Below, in pieces: positions 40,951 through 50,493 of a DNA stretch of 64,000 bases. The stretch spans positions 64,001 through 128,000 of the forward strand of contig JBMYOQ010000001.1 in assembly GCA_049599475.1 (NCBI GenBank), given 5' to 3'. The notes beneath the pieces were generated by a model. The model saw only the letters and a list, made by a program, of their open reading frames with translations, was not told the origin of the DNA and ran no database searches. Numbering within the stretch: position 1 is the first letter of the stretch; every line of letters starts with the position of its first letter. The position numbers and the translations under genes are program-made. This DNA is from Opitutales bacterium (GTDB lineage Bacteria; Verrucomicrobiota; Verrucomicrobiia; Opitutales; JABSRG01).

Positions 40951-41664
40951 ATGAATACATTTTTAGAAAAACCCACTCAGATGCACCTCGAAAACATCGC
41001 CTTTTACGGGCGTACTTTCGATGAATATTGTGCAATCTTCAATCTGGATCCAGCGGAGCTTGAGGGGAAGCGTATCCTCGATACCGCATCAGGTTCCGCG
41101 TCCTTCGCCGCTGAATCATTGCATCGCGGTTACGATGTGACGGCGAGCGATCCGCTCTACGACCGAAGTGCTCCGTCGCTCGGACGTATCGGATCTATGG
41201 ATATCGAGAGTGTAATAGCGAAAGCGCGCGAGGTGGAGAGTGTCTTTACCTTCAGTTATTATAAGTCGATTGATGAAGTCTACAAAGCGCGCTATAAGGC
41301 GATTCGAGGGTTTTTAGATGATTACCCGTCTGGACGAGCTCTAGGGCGTTATCAATGTGCATCTCTCCCGGACCTGCCCTTTAGCGATAACGCATTCGAT
41401 ATTGTATTGAATGGACACTTTTTATTCCTTTATGCCGAGCGGTTAGGAGACGCGTTTGTGTTTAACGCAGTGAGCGAGTTACTGCGCGTTTCCAGCCGAT
41501 CGGTATACCTTTACCCACTGATCCAGCTAAATGGTCAAAAGTATCCACGGCTGGATGAGCTCGTTAAAAAAGTCGAAAACAACGGTGTTACTGCTGAGTT
41601 TAGGTCTTTGGAGTTTGAGTTTTTTAAGGGAGCAGACACGTGCTTGATATTAAACCAACCATGA
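40951..41664 (+). CDS. Class I SAM-dependent methyltransferase
   Basis: ILDTASGSASF (motif I), VTASD, LPFSDNAFDIVL, ELLRV. Confidence 0.82.
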   Translation: MNTFLEKPTQMHLENIAFYGRTFDEYCAIFNLDPAELEGKRILDTASGSASFAAESLHRGYDVTASDPLYDRSAPSLGRIGSMDIESVIAKAREVESVFTFSYYKSIDEVYKARYKAIRGFLDDYPSGRALGRYQCASLPDLPFSDNAFDIVLNGHFLFLYAERLGDAFVFNAVSELLRVSSRSVYLYPLIQLNGQKYPRLDELVKKVENNGVTAEFRSLEFEFFKGADTCLILNQP

Positions 41665-43079
41665 AACGTATCGTAATCCTCGTTTTCGAAAAAGCTGAGC
41701 TGCTTGATTTTTGCGGCCCATTCGAGATCATATCGACGCTTGAGACCGAGGATCTTGAGCCTGTGGAAGTGGTGCTCTGGAATCCGCTGGAGTCTCGGGA
41801 AATAAAGTCGGCAAACGGTGCCAGCGTGATTGCCGATGAGATCGGTGAGCTCGCTGAAGACTCTATTGACTTGCTTGTTGTTCCGGGAGGAGAGGGCTCG
41901 CGTACTTTTTTGCGCAATAGTCTAGCAATGGGGCGGCTCAGTGTCGCCTTTGGTCTAAGTGAACGCGTGTTGAGTGTCTGCACCGGTGCTCGTATTTTGG
42001 CCGCTGCGGGAGTGCTCAAAGGCTTGTGTGCGACGACTCACTCCAGTGCGCAAGTGGACCTCGCGGAAAATTATCCCGAAGTGATCTGGGATTTTTCAAA
42101 GCGGTTTCACGATAATGGAAAGTGGATTATTTCCGCAGGAGTTGCTTCAGGAATTGATGCTGCCTTGTATTGGTTGGGAAATACATTTGGCGAGAGCCGT
42201 CGGCGAGATGTCGCGCAGGCGGTAGAGGTTCCTCTTGTGGGGAATATGGCGATCTTCGGCGGCTTGGCCTATCAGATTGTCGATGCTTTCTGTACAGATA
42301 AGTCCTTTTCGGGGAACCCGGCTGCTGTGTGTATCTTAGACGAATCGCTTCCCGATAGCATTTTACAGAAGATCGCTATGCAGCATAATCTCAGCGAGAC
42401 GGCTTATCTGAACTTTCTGGAGATACGTGAAGATTCGCCGGTATATGAACTGCGCTGGTTTACGCCGGAGGTAGAAGTTGATCTGTGCGGTCACGCAACA
42501 TTGGCATCGGCTTCCGTTGTTTTTGATCTCAACGCGGCTTGGGAGCAGGTGATCTTTGTGACACGCAGTGGAGAGCTCCTTGTGAAAAAAGGTGCGGAGG
42601 GCTTAGAAATGGATTTTCCAAAGCTAAAATACGAGGCGGCAACCGAGGCTGATCTACTTGGAGTGGGTCTGCCAGGCGAAGTCGTAGAGGTCCAAACGGG
42701 TATGGATTTGGCGGTGGTCGTGAACGAAGCTCAAGCTTTGATGGATTGGTCGCCTAATCTCTCGGCGGTCGAAAAGTTGCCGTATCGAGGATTGATCGTT
42801 ACAGCCAAGTATTCAGAGAATGGGTACGATTTTGTATCACGGTTTTTTGCTCCACAATCAGGTGTTCCCGAAGATCCGTTTACGGGGTCAGCCCACTGCT
42901 GGCTAGCTCCTTACTGGTGTGATCAGCTTGGCAAGGGAACGGTCACAGGATTACAGGCATCCAAACGTCAGGGCCGCGCAGTCTGTTCTGTGGTAGGTGA
43001 TCGCGTTTTATTGTCAGGTGCGGCTTCCTTATATTCGACCGGTTATATAGCGGTCGAGCGCCTGGTCGAAGACGAGTAG
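41661..43079 (+). CDS. DJ-1/PfpI domain fused to a PhzF-family isomerase
   Basis: N-terminal ELLD, VVPGG, SVCTGA, SAGVASGID; C-terminal DAF..GNPAAV, SETA, EVDLCGHATLA, EDPFTGSAH; single frame. Confidence 0.85.
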   Translation: MKRIVILVFEKAELLDFCGPFEIISTLETEDLEPVEVVLWNPLESREIKSANGASVIADEIGELAEDSIDLLVVPGGEGSRTFLRNSLAMGRLSVAFGLSERVLSVCTGARILAAAGVLKGLCATTHSSAQVDLAENYPEVIWDFSKRFHDNGKWIISAGVASGIDAALYWLGNTFGESRRRDVAQAVEVPLVGNMAIFGGLAYQIVDAFCTDKSFSGNPAAVCILDESLPDSILQKIAMQHNLSETAYLNFLEIREDSPVYELRWFTPEVEVDLCGHATLASASVVFDLNAAWEQVIFVTRSGELLVKKGAEGLEMDFPKLKYEAATEADLLGVGLPGEVVEVQTGMDLAVVVNEAQALMDWSPNLSAVEKLPYRGLIVTAKYSENGYDFVSRFFAPQSGVPEDPFTGSAHCWLAPYWCDQLGKGTVTGLQASKRQGRAVCSVVGDRVLLSGAASLYSTGYIAVERLVEDE

Positions 43080-43131
43080 GCCGTGTGTTGGGGTAGACTT
43101 ATACGGGATTCGTTGAATTTCGGTGCTTATC

Positions 43132-43202
43132 GATAGGGTGAACTGCCTCGGTGAGCAAGCCGATCGAAGACCTGTTGAAAGGCTCAAAAACGGCGGCTCA
43201 CC
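43132..43202. repeat. Degenerate REP doublet of the 3201 family
   Basis: GATAGGGTGAACTGCCTCGGTGAGC plus a partial inverted arm GCGGCTCACC that overlaps the ilvA stop. Confidence 0.6.
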
Positions 43203-44721
43203 TGAAAATTGCCTGTATTTCTGAATCCGATACTTTGTGAATGGCTCGGTACCCTGGGCCTGTTTTAGGCAAGCTGGCAAAGAATGCATCGGCGTTCGCG
43301 CTCTTTGAGAGTTCGAAGCCCAGCAGTGCACGTCCGACAATTTCGCCACTGTAACGATAGTTGAAATAACAGATATTGGCGTCGCCTTGGTATTGTTCAA
43401 GGAAGCCGGATAGGGCGCCCGAGCGCTCGTGGAATTCGAGCTTGAAGAAACACATTTCCCGCTCGGTATTTGGTTGGAAAGGCAGAATTCCGAACTCGAT
43501 CGCTAAATCGTAGTCCTTTGCCTCGAATGAAATGTCCTCTTTGCGGAGGGTGGCTTCCATTTCTGCAAATTTCTCCTCAGATGCCTCGATCCCGAGGACG
43601 GGCGTGGCAGTTTCTGATTCTGTGCGCGCATATTGGAATTCGATGACACTGGCTCCTTGCGGAAAGCACTTCATCAGTTTGAGCAAAGTGCCGGGCTGGT
43701 CTCCGATTTCAAAGCGATAGAAGCGTTTGGAGGCGGAGGTTAGGAGGGCGCGAGCAGAGATCCGGCTAAGCATCGAGAGGTCCATATTTGCCCCGCAGAT
43801 GATGACTAAGGAATTACCGCCCTTTTCCTGAACGCCGTCTTCTATCGCTCCGGCAATCCCGAGTGCGCCTGACGGCTCCGGCGTGCACCTTAAGGTTTCC
43901 CAGCACAGCTTGATGGCTCCTGATACCACATCGTTGCTCACCTGGACCGTGCGGTCTACCAGCTTTTGGCAGTAGGCAAAGGTATTTTCGCCAGCCTTGC
44001 GGACAGCGGTGCCGTCACAGAAAACGTCGACGTAATCGAGATCGACCGGTTTACCGGCCTTGAGTGCTTCGTTCATGCTGGCCTGACGTTCGCCTTCTAC
44101 GCCGATAATTTCGATCCCAGGGTAATGCACTTTTAGCCAGCACGCGACTCCGGCGATCAGACCGCCCCCGCCTATTTGAATGTAGGCGCGATCAAAGGGA
44201 CCTTTGCCAGACATCACTACTTCGTCGGCAAGGGTGCCCTGGCCACCCATGACCGTTAGATCGTCATAGGCGTGGACAAATGTTTTTCCACTGCTCTTCT
44301 GCTCGGCGACTGCGGCGTCTAGCGCTTCGGAGAAAGTGTCTCCCTCCAGGCGGATCTCGACGTGATCCCCACCGTGTTTGCGGACCGCCTCCTGTTTCAT
44401 CCGAGGGGTGGCGCGAGGCATGTAAATGGTTGCCTGGGTCTCCATTAACCGAGCTGCCAAAGCGACTCCCTGAGCATGATTGCCCGCAGATGCAGTAATG
44501 ACGCCCTTCGCGAGAGACGCTTGGTCTAGGCTCGCCATTTTATTGAAGGCACCCCGCCATTTGTAGGCATGGATAGGCGAAAGGTCCTCGCGTTTTACGA
44601 AGACGTTTCCGCTAGAAATAATCGGAAGGATCTCAAGTGGAGTCGGCTGAGCGTAGCTATAGATGCGCTGCCGTGCGTTGAGAATTTCCTGAAATAGCGG
44701 GTCTCCGGTCAGAGGATTCAT
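43198..44721 (-). CDS. ilvA: Threonine ammonia-lyase, biosynthetic
   Basis: KREDL..AYKWRGA, ASAGNHAQGVA, IGGGGLIAG; two C-terminal regulatory repeats (FQY, FNYR). Confidence 0.9.
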   Translation of the reverse strand: MNPLTGDPLFQEILNARQRIYSYAQPTPLEILPIISSGNVFVKREDLSPIHAYKWRGAFNKMASLDQASLAKGVITASAGNHAQGVALAARLMETQATIYMPRATPRMKQEAVRKHGGDHVEIRLEGDTFSEALDAAVAEQKSSGKTFVHAYDDLTVMGGQGTLADEVVMSGKGPFDRAYIQIGGGGLIAGVACWLKVHYPGIEIIGVEGERQASMNEALKAGKPVDLDYVDVFCDGTAVRKAGENTFAYCQKLVDRTVQVSNDVVSGAIKLCWETLRCTPEPSGALGIAGAIEDGVQEKGGNSLVIICGANMDLSMLSRISARALLTSASKRFYRFEIGDQPGTLLKLMKCFPQGASVIEFQYARTESETATPVLGIEASEEKFAEMEATLRKEDISFEAKDYDLAIEFGILPFQPNTEREMCFFKLEFHERSGALSGFLEQYQGDANICYFNYRYSGEIVGRALLGFELSKSANADAFFASLPKTGPGYRAIHKVSDSEIQAIFR

Positions 44722-44867
44722 CCGAGGGAGGGTAAAAACGCTTAAAAACTTAGCAACGAATTACTACTTGTGTTTGCATTCATATCCATACTGGCCTGCT
44801 TAGCTTTGATTGAAAAAATAATTTTCTATCTGGGAATAACTTAGATTTTACCACCTCACACGGACCG

Positions 44868-45425
44868 ATGAAAAAGACTGCCTTAGCCTTCACCCTAGTC
44901 GCCGCCGTTCTTACTGGCGCTCAAATCGCTTCTGCTCAGGAAGCTCCTCAAATCAAGAAAAGCCCCGATGCATCCTTCACACAGACCGTGGGGCTGACCG
45001 AGATCACTGTAAAATATAACCGGCCCAGCGCGCGCGGTCGCGAGATTTTTGGCGGTTTGGTTCCTTACGACAAGGTGTGGCGCACGGGGGCTAACCAATC
45101 TACAGACATCACCTTCAGTGCACCCGTTATGTTTGGCGGCGAGTATGTCGAAGCAGGCACCTATGGCCTTTACACGATTCCTGGAAAGGACGGATGGAAG
45201 GCGATTCTTTACAGCGATGCAGATCTCTGGGGGACGGGTCGCGACTATGATGCTTCCAAGGAAGTCGTCCGAGTGGATGCTGCAGTTTTTGAGCTTTCGC
45301 CAGCGTTGGAGACCTTTGCAATCGGAGTAAATGCCATCACAGACACCTCTGCGATCCTGCATTTTGACTGGGTAAACACTCGGGCAGGTGTAGAAATTCG
45401 TGTAGGTGAAGCCGTAATGAAGTAG
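44868..45425 (+). CDS. DUF2911-like exported protein
   Basis: Signal peptide; YNRPSARGREIFGGLVPYDKVWRTGAN, GTYGLYTIP. Confidence 0.85.
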   Translation: MKKTALAFTLVAAVLTGAQIASAQEAPQIKKSPDASFTQTVGLTEITVKYNRPSARGREIFGGLVPYDKVWRTGANQSTDITFSAPVMFGGEYVEAGTYGLYTIPGKDGWKAILYSDADLWGTGRDYDASKEVVRVDAAVFELSPALETFAIGVNAITDTSAILHFDWVNTRAGVEIRVGEAVMK

Positions 45426-45471
45426 ACTTTCTTTGGAACCCCTGGCAGGTGTCAGGGGTTTCGTCATGTAC

Positions 45472-47931
45472 ATGGCCCGCATTATCTCCGCAATCTTGTT
45501 TGCATCCTCAATGGCTGCTTACGCAAATGTCTCTCCTAAAACGGTAGGAGAGATTCAGCACGGTATTCAGAAATTGGGTACCCTCGCGAGTGTCTTGTAT
45601 GTCGCTGCGCATCCCGACGATGAGAACACGCGGCTCATTGCTTACATGGCGAATGAGGCGAAAGCCGAGACGACATACTTATCTCTCACTCGGGGCGATG
45701 GCGGCCAGAATTTGTTGGGCGATGATCTGGGGCACAAACTCGGCGTAGCCCGTACTCATGAGCTCTTGGAAGCCAGGAAAATTGATGGGGGTAAGCAATT
45801 TTTCTCTCGTGCTAATGACTTCGGCTATTCCAAATCTGCAGTCGAATCTATCGAGATCTGGGGTAAGGACCAGGTGATGGCCGATACGGTGTGGGCGATC
45901 AGAGTGTTGCGCCCAGACATTATTATTAACCGATTTTCTACCGAGCCGGGGTTCACTCATGGGCACCACACTGCTTCGGCTCAGCTCGCCGTTGAAGCCT
46001 TTGAACTAGCTGCAGACCCAGAGCAATTTCCAGAACAGTTGAAGTGGGTCGAGCCGTGGCAGGCGAAGCGCATTGTCTGGAATACGTCCACTTGGTTTTA
46101 CCGGAGGCGCGGGCTCGACTTCGACCCGCGTTCGATGGTCTCTGTCGATACCGGAGTGTATAATCCTACTTTGGGAATGGCTTATTCTGAGATAGCCGCC
46201 CTGAGTCGCAGTGCGCACAAGACCCAGGGTTTCGGCGCAACCCCGCGCTTGGGCGAATCCAAAGAATATTTTGAGCACATTCGTGGACCCCAAGCGGAAA
46301 GTGATCTCTTTGACGGGGTTGATACGTCTTGGACCCGACTCGAGGGCGGTGAAGGTGTTGGAAAAATGGTGGCTAAGCTTCAGTCATCTTTCGACTCCAC
46401 GCGACCGGAGGCCAGTGTAGGAGAGTTGTTGAGCATTTATAGGGCGATTGGTGAACTCCCTGATGGATTTTGGAAGGAAAAGAAAATGGCTGAGGTGCGG
46501 GACTTAATCTTCGCGTGCATAGGTCTGGATGTCGAATGGCTGAGTTCCGAGAAAGAAGGTACGCCTGGCAGTCAAGTGCGAGGCGAGGTCTTGGCTGTCC
46601 AGCGGTCCTCATTTGACGTCAAGATTCAGGGGTCTTCTACAGGTGATGCGAAATCGATGCGTAAGAATGTGCTCGTCAAACTTCCGCTTCCAGTGACTGT
46701 TTCAGAGGACGCTCCTGTTTCTCAGCCTTACTGGCTGCGCAAGCCCGGGACCCTCGGGGCCTATGTCGTGGACGATCAAGAATGGATCGGAATGCCTGAA
46801 GGCCTGTCGCCCCTGGCAACTCCAGTCACGGTGACGGTAGCCGGTGAAGCCCTTACCATTATTCTGGAGCCTGAATTTAAATACAATGATCCGGTAGACG
46901 GGGAAGTGAAGGAGCGTTTTCAAATCACTCCTCCGGCGACGTTGAATTTGGATGAGCGCTTGCACATCGTGAGCTCCCCTGAACCCATCAGTGTCGGCGC
47001 CACTCTGCAGGTACGTGAGGATACTGCTCAAGGTGCTTTAGAGTTTAAGGCGAATGATGGTTGGACTGTGTCGCCGGAACGCGTGGAGTTTGAAGGGAAG
47101 CAAGGCGAAGAGATTCGTATTGAAACCGAGTGGGTCCCCTCGGGTGAACCGGGTCAAAGTAGTTTGCTCGGTAGTGTCCTTCTGGATGGAGAGACGATTG
47201 ATGTCGGCTATGAGCGCATGGAATATGACCATATTCCGGTCCAGACATTCTTCCCCAAAGCAGAAGCGAAGGGTATCCTTCTCGATGTCGAAAAGCGTGG
47301 GGAGCGTATTGGGTATATTGAAGGGGCTGGCGATGCCGTGCCTCAGGCTTTGGAGCGAATAGGGTATCAAGTAGATATGCTCACCGAAGCGGATCTCAGC
47401 TCTGATGTCTTGGAGCAGTATGATGCGGTTGTTCTCGGTATTCGTGCACTCAATACAATTGATCGTATCGGGTTTATGATGCCAACCTTGTTTGATTACG
47501 CGAAAGCTGGAGGGGTGTTGATACTTCAGTATAACACAGGGCACCGCTTGAAGACTACGGACTACTCGCCCTTCAGATTGAACATCTCGCGTGATCGCGT
47601 AACGGATGAATTTGCGGCCGTGGAGATCTTGGAGCCTGAACACCGGGTGTTAAATTACCCAAATAAAATAGGCGCCGCTGATTTTGAAAACTGGGTGCAA
47701 GAGCGTGGGCTGTATTTCCCGAATGCATGGGGTAAAGAATTTACTCCAATTTTTTCTATTGCGGATCCTGATGAATCGCCGAGTGAGGGTAGCCTTCTAA
47801 TAGCCAAATATGGCAAGGGATTTTATGTCTACAGTGGACTATCATGGTTTCGTCAGTTGCCGGCTGGCGTGCCCGGAGCGTATCGTATCTTTGCAAATAT
47901 CGTATCTTTAGGTAAGGCAGTAAATGAGTGA
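45472..47931 (+). CDS. Large exported PIG-L/LmbE-family Zn hydrolase
   Basis: Signal peptide; AHPDDE, TRGDGGQN, DFGYSK, HGHH; C-terminal GATase-like domain (YDAVVLGIRA, WVQERGLYF). Confidence 0.88.
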   Translation: MARIISAILFASSMAAYANVSPKTVGEIQHGIQKLGTLASVLYVAAHPDDENTRLIAYMANEAKAETTYLSLTRGDGGQNLLGDDLGHKLGVARTHELLEARKIDGGKQFFSRANDFGYSKSAVESIEIWGKDQVMADTVWAIRVLRPDIIINRFSTEPGFTHGHHTASAQLAVEAFELAADPEQFPEQLKWVEPWQAKRIVWNTSTWFYRRRGLDFDPRSMVSVDTGVYNPTLGMAYSEIAALSRSAHKTQGFGATPRLGESKEYFEHIRGPQAESDLFDGVDTSWTRLEGGEGVGKMVAKLQSSFDSTRPEASVGELLSIYRAIGELPDGFWKEKKMAEVRDLIFACIGLDVEWLSSEKEGTPGSQVRGEVLAVQRSSFDVKIQGSSTGDAKSMRKNVLVKLPLPVTVSEDAPVSQPYWLRKPGTLGAYVVDDQEWIGMPEGLSPLATPVTVTVAGEALTIILEPEFKYNDPVDGEVKERFQITPPATLNLDERLHIVSSPEPISVGATLQVREDTAQGALEFKANDGWTVSPERVEFEGKQGEEIRIETEWVPSGEPGQSSLLGSVLLDGETIDVGYERMEYDHIPVQTFFPKAEAKGILLDVEKRGERIGYIEGAGDAVPQALERIGYQVDMLTEADLSSDVLEQYDAVVLGIRALNTIDRIGFMMPTLFDYAKAGGVLILQYNTGHRLKTTDYSPFRLNISRDRVTDEFAAVEILEPEHRVLNYPNKIGAADFENWVQERGLYFPNAWGKEFTPIFSIADPDESPSEGSLLIAKYGKGFYVYSGLSWFRQLPAGVPGAYRIFANIVSLGKAVNE

Positions 47932-48034
47932 TTCCAAAAATCCAATTCCATGGGGAATGATTTATAGCGCGGTGCTGGCATGGCTCGTCGTTGTGATTGT
48001 GCTCATGTATGTGTTCTCGAAGGTGTTTTCATGA
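47924..48034 (+). CDS. Small membrane protein, 36 aa (MSDSKNPIPWGMIYSAVLAWLVVVIVLMYVFSKVFS)
   Basis: Translated by hand; one TM helix; overlaps the upstream stop and has an ATGA overlap with the symporter. Confidence 0.75.
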   Translation: MSDSKNPIPWGMIYSAVLAWLVVVIVLMYVFSKVFS

Positions 48035-49716
48035 GTGTCGTGGATTGGATTGTCCTCGTGGGGACTGTGTTGGGGATTGTCTTATACGGCGTCTGGGTCG
48101 GACAGCGTAATCGGAATTTAAATACTTATTTGCGCGGTGGTGACGGGCTGAAGTGGGGGACGATTGGCCTCTCGGTGATGGCCACACAGGCCTCCGCCAT
48201 CACCTTTTTATCTACACCAGGACAAGGCTATGAGAATGGACTGGCCTTTGTGCAAAATTATCTGGGGCTGCCCATTGCTCTGGTGATTATTTGTCTCTTT
48301 TTTATCCCGCTCTATTATAAGCTGAATGTTTCCACGGCCTACGAGCTGTTAGGGCAGCGGTTCGACCAGAAAACACGGCTTCTTGGGGCAGGTTTGTTTC
48401 TCGTGCAACGAGGGTTTGCCGCAGGGATCACCATTTATGCGCCAGCCATTATTGTTTCCACGCTCTTTGGCTGGGGGCTAAATATGACCATCGTAATCAC
48501 GGGTGTGCTGGTGATTTTATACACGGTCTCAGGAGGGACGCGTACAGTAAGTCTCACTCAGAAATACCAGATGCTCGTGATACTGATAGGGATGACGATT
48601 GCCTTTGGGTATGTTATCGCAGGTTTGCCACAAAACATTTCTCTAGGAGATGCCCTCTACTTAGCAGGCGTCCAAGGCCGACTCGAAGCAGTCAGTTTTT
48701 CCTTTGATCCGGAAGAGCGTTATACGATTTGGACGGGTCTTCTCGGTGGAACCTTTTTGGCGCTTTCTTACTTCGGTACGGATCAATCGCAGGTTCAGCG
48801 ATACTTGGCGGGCGGTTCGTCTGTGGCAAGCCGCCTGGGGCTGATGTTCAATGCTGTATTGAAGATTCCGATGCAGTTCGCCATTTTGCTCTTGGGTGCT
48901 CTTCTGTTCGTATTCTATCAGTTTGCGGGCTCACCGGTGTTTTTCAACGAAACTGCTCTCGATGGTATTCCTGAAGAGCGTTTGGTGGAAATTCAGAATG
49001 AGTATGATGCAAACCAGGAAACTCGGATACCTCTCTTGCACGATGTGCTGGAAGAGCGAAAGACCTTGGGTGAGCCTACTGACGAAACCTTGGGATATCT
49101 CGCGAGTGTCAATGACAAGTTGGATTCGAGCCGCGAGGAAATACGCGAGGAGATAAAACAGGTAGATGCTAAGGCGGACACGGAAGATGCTGATTATGTC
49201 TTTCTTACATTCGTGCTTAACAATCTTCCTGTGGGGCTGGTCGGCTTGCTCGTGGCAGTGATTTTCCTTGCTGCGATGTCCTCGACGGCGTCTGAGCTAA
49301 ATGCTTTGGCTTCTACAACAATGGTCGACGGCTATCGTGCTCTAATCCGAAAGAACGAGAGTGAGACGCACTACGTGTGGGTGGCGCGGGCTTTGACGCT
49401 TTTCTGGGGGGTGTTGGCTGTGGGGTTTGCCATGACTTTGACGCTCTTCGACAATCTCATTGAAGCAGTGAACATCATCGGTTCATTGTTTTACGGAGCG
49501 ATCCTGGGGCTCTTTTTGATCGCATTCTTCATACGCTGGGTTGGCGGAAGTGCCGCATTCTGGGGTGGCGTTCTTGCAGAATGTATCGTGCTCGGGCTGT
49601 ATTTCTCTGAGGTGGATATCGGCTACCTATGGTTTAATATGATTGGCTGCGGGATTACAGTTGTCCTAGCCATGGGTTTTCAGACCTTATTTTTCAAAAG
49701 TCCTCAGGAGGCCTAA
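48031..49716 (+). CDS. Sodium:solute symporter (SSS/SLC5)
   Basis: SVMATQASAITF, TAYELLGQRF, GTDQSQVQRYL, AAMSS; many TM helices. Confidence 0.93.
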   Translation: MSVVDWIVLVGTVLGIVLYGVWVGQRNRNLNTYLRGGDGLKWGTIGLSVMATQASAITFLSTPGQGYENGLAFVQNYLGLPIALVIICLFFIPLYYKLNVSTAYELLGQRFDQKTRLLGAGLFLVQRGFAAGITIYAPAIIVSTLFGWGLNMTIVITGVLVILYTVSGGTRTVSLTQKYQMLVILIGMTIAFGYVIAGLPQNISLGDALYLAGVQGRLEAVSFSFDPEERYTIWTGLLGGTFLALSYFGTDQSQVQRYLAGGSSVASRLGLMFNAVLKIPMQFAILLLGALLFVFYQFAGSPVFFNETALDGIPEERLVEIQNEYDANQETRIPLLHDVLEERKTLGEPTDETLGYLASVNDKLDSSREEIREEIKQVDAKADTEDADYVFLTFVLNNLPVGLVGLLVAVIFLAAMSSTASELNALASTTMVDGYRALIRKNESETHYVWVARALTLFWGVLAVGFAMTLTLFDNLIEAVNIIGSLFYGAILGLFLIAFFIRWVGGSAAFWGGVLAECIVLGLYFSEVDIGYLWFNMIGCGITVVLAMGFQTLFFKSPQEA

Positions 49717-49719
49717 GGA

Positions 49720-50493
49720 ATGTCAGAACCGGTAATATGTTTTGGTCAGCAACCCTGTGGATTTTTTCCCCGGCGCTTCTTGTGGTCCAAGATTTTGACT
49801 GCCCGGCGTCTTCAATCGGAAATTGGTGGGCGCATTGTATTTTTCTACCATGACAGCGATCACGATCCGCGAGAGACTCAGACATTTGTCTGTAATAAGG
49901 ATTCAGGCGCTGAACAGTGTCTCAATTTTACCTTCAAGAATAAGATCCAGAAAAAATATACGCCACTCTATGCTAAGGAACTCGTGGATGGATGGCAGCG
50001 TGATATGGCGCGACAGATGCCCAAGTTTGCCTCGGATACATGCATACAGTGGTTCCGAGATATTGACGCTACCAACATAGCGGATTTTTGCTTAGAGATG
50101 TATGAATCGATGGGTATCTTGGACGGGGTGGACGTGGTGAGGTCGAGCGATCCGGAATTCCGTGAATCGGCCTGCACTGTGGATGATTACTTCGTCGATA
50201 CCGAGTATGAAGGCGAGTGGGTGCGTGCGCGTCTCGCGGAGGCTGGGGCACTGCAGTTGCACCGCGGCGGTGGAAAATTTATCGAACTGAGTGGGCGCTC
50301 GTGGACTGCCGAACATATCAGTCCCACTCGGGATACGCGTCTTTTATGGATGCAGTCGGTGATCCAGTGCACCCATTACATCGCGGGAGCTGGCGAGCTC
50401 CAGTATTTGAATATGGACGAAGCGCCTGAAATAGAGTTTGTTACCCGTGATCCCATTGAAAATGCCTCGGCGGCATACATCCCCGAATCATGA
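49720..50493 (+). CDS. Short BshC-like protein (putative bacillithiol cysteine-adding enzyme)
   Basis: GQQ, FFYHDSDHD and YIAGAGELQY parallel the BshC motifs GQQ, FW...EDHD and Y.GGPGE..Y; coupled to bshB-bshA. Confidence 0.65.
   Translation: MSEPVICFGQQPCGFFPRRFLWSKILTARRLQSEIGGRIVFFYHDSDHDPRETQTFVCNKDSGAEQCLNFTFKNKIQKKYTPLYAKELVDGWQRDMARQMPKFASDTCIQWFRDIDATNIADFCLEMYESMGILDGVDVVRSSDPEFRESACTVDDYFVDTEYEGEWVRARLAEAGALQLHRGGGKFIELSGRSWTAEHISPTRDTRLLWMQSVIQCTHYIAGAGELQYLNMDEAPEIEFVTRDPIENASAAYIPES

Noticed and set aside
40951..41664. Methyltransferase as the N-methyl-bacillithiol enzyme (NmbA)
   Set aside because: It is 8 kb from the bsh genes, separated by opposite-strand ilvA, and nothing in the sequence supports the link.
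41661..43079. Phenazine biosynthesis cluster
   Set aside because: Only a PhzF-like domain is present; there is no phzA/B, phzD or phzE.
45438..45460. Hairpin between DUF2911 and PIG-L as a firm operon boundary
   Set aside because: The stem AACCCCTG/CAGGGGTT is real but its T tail is weak and it lies 11 nt from the next start, so termination cannot be called.
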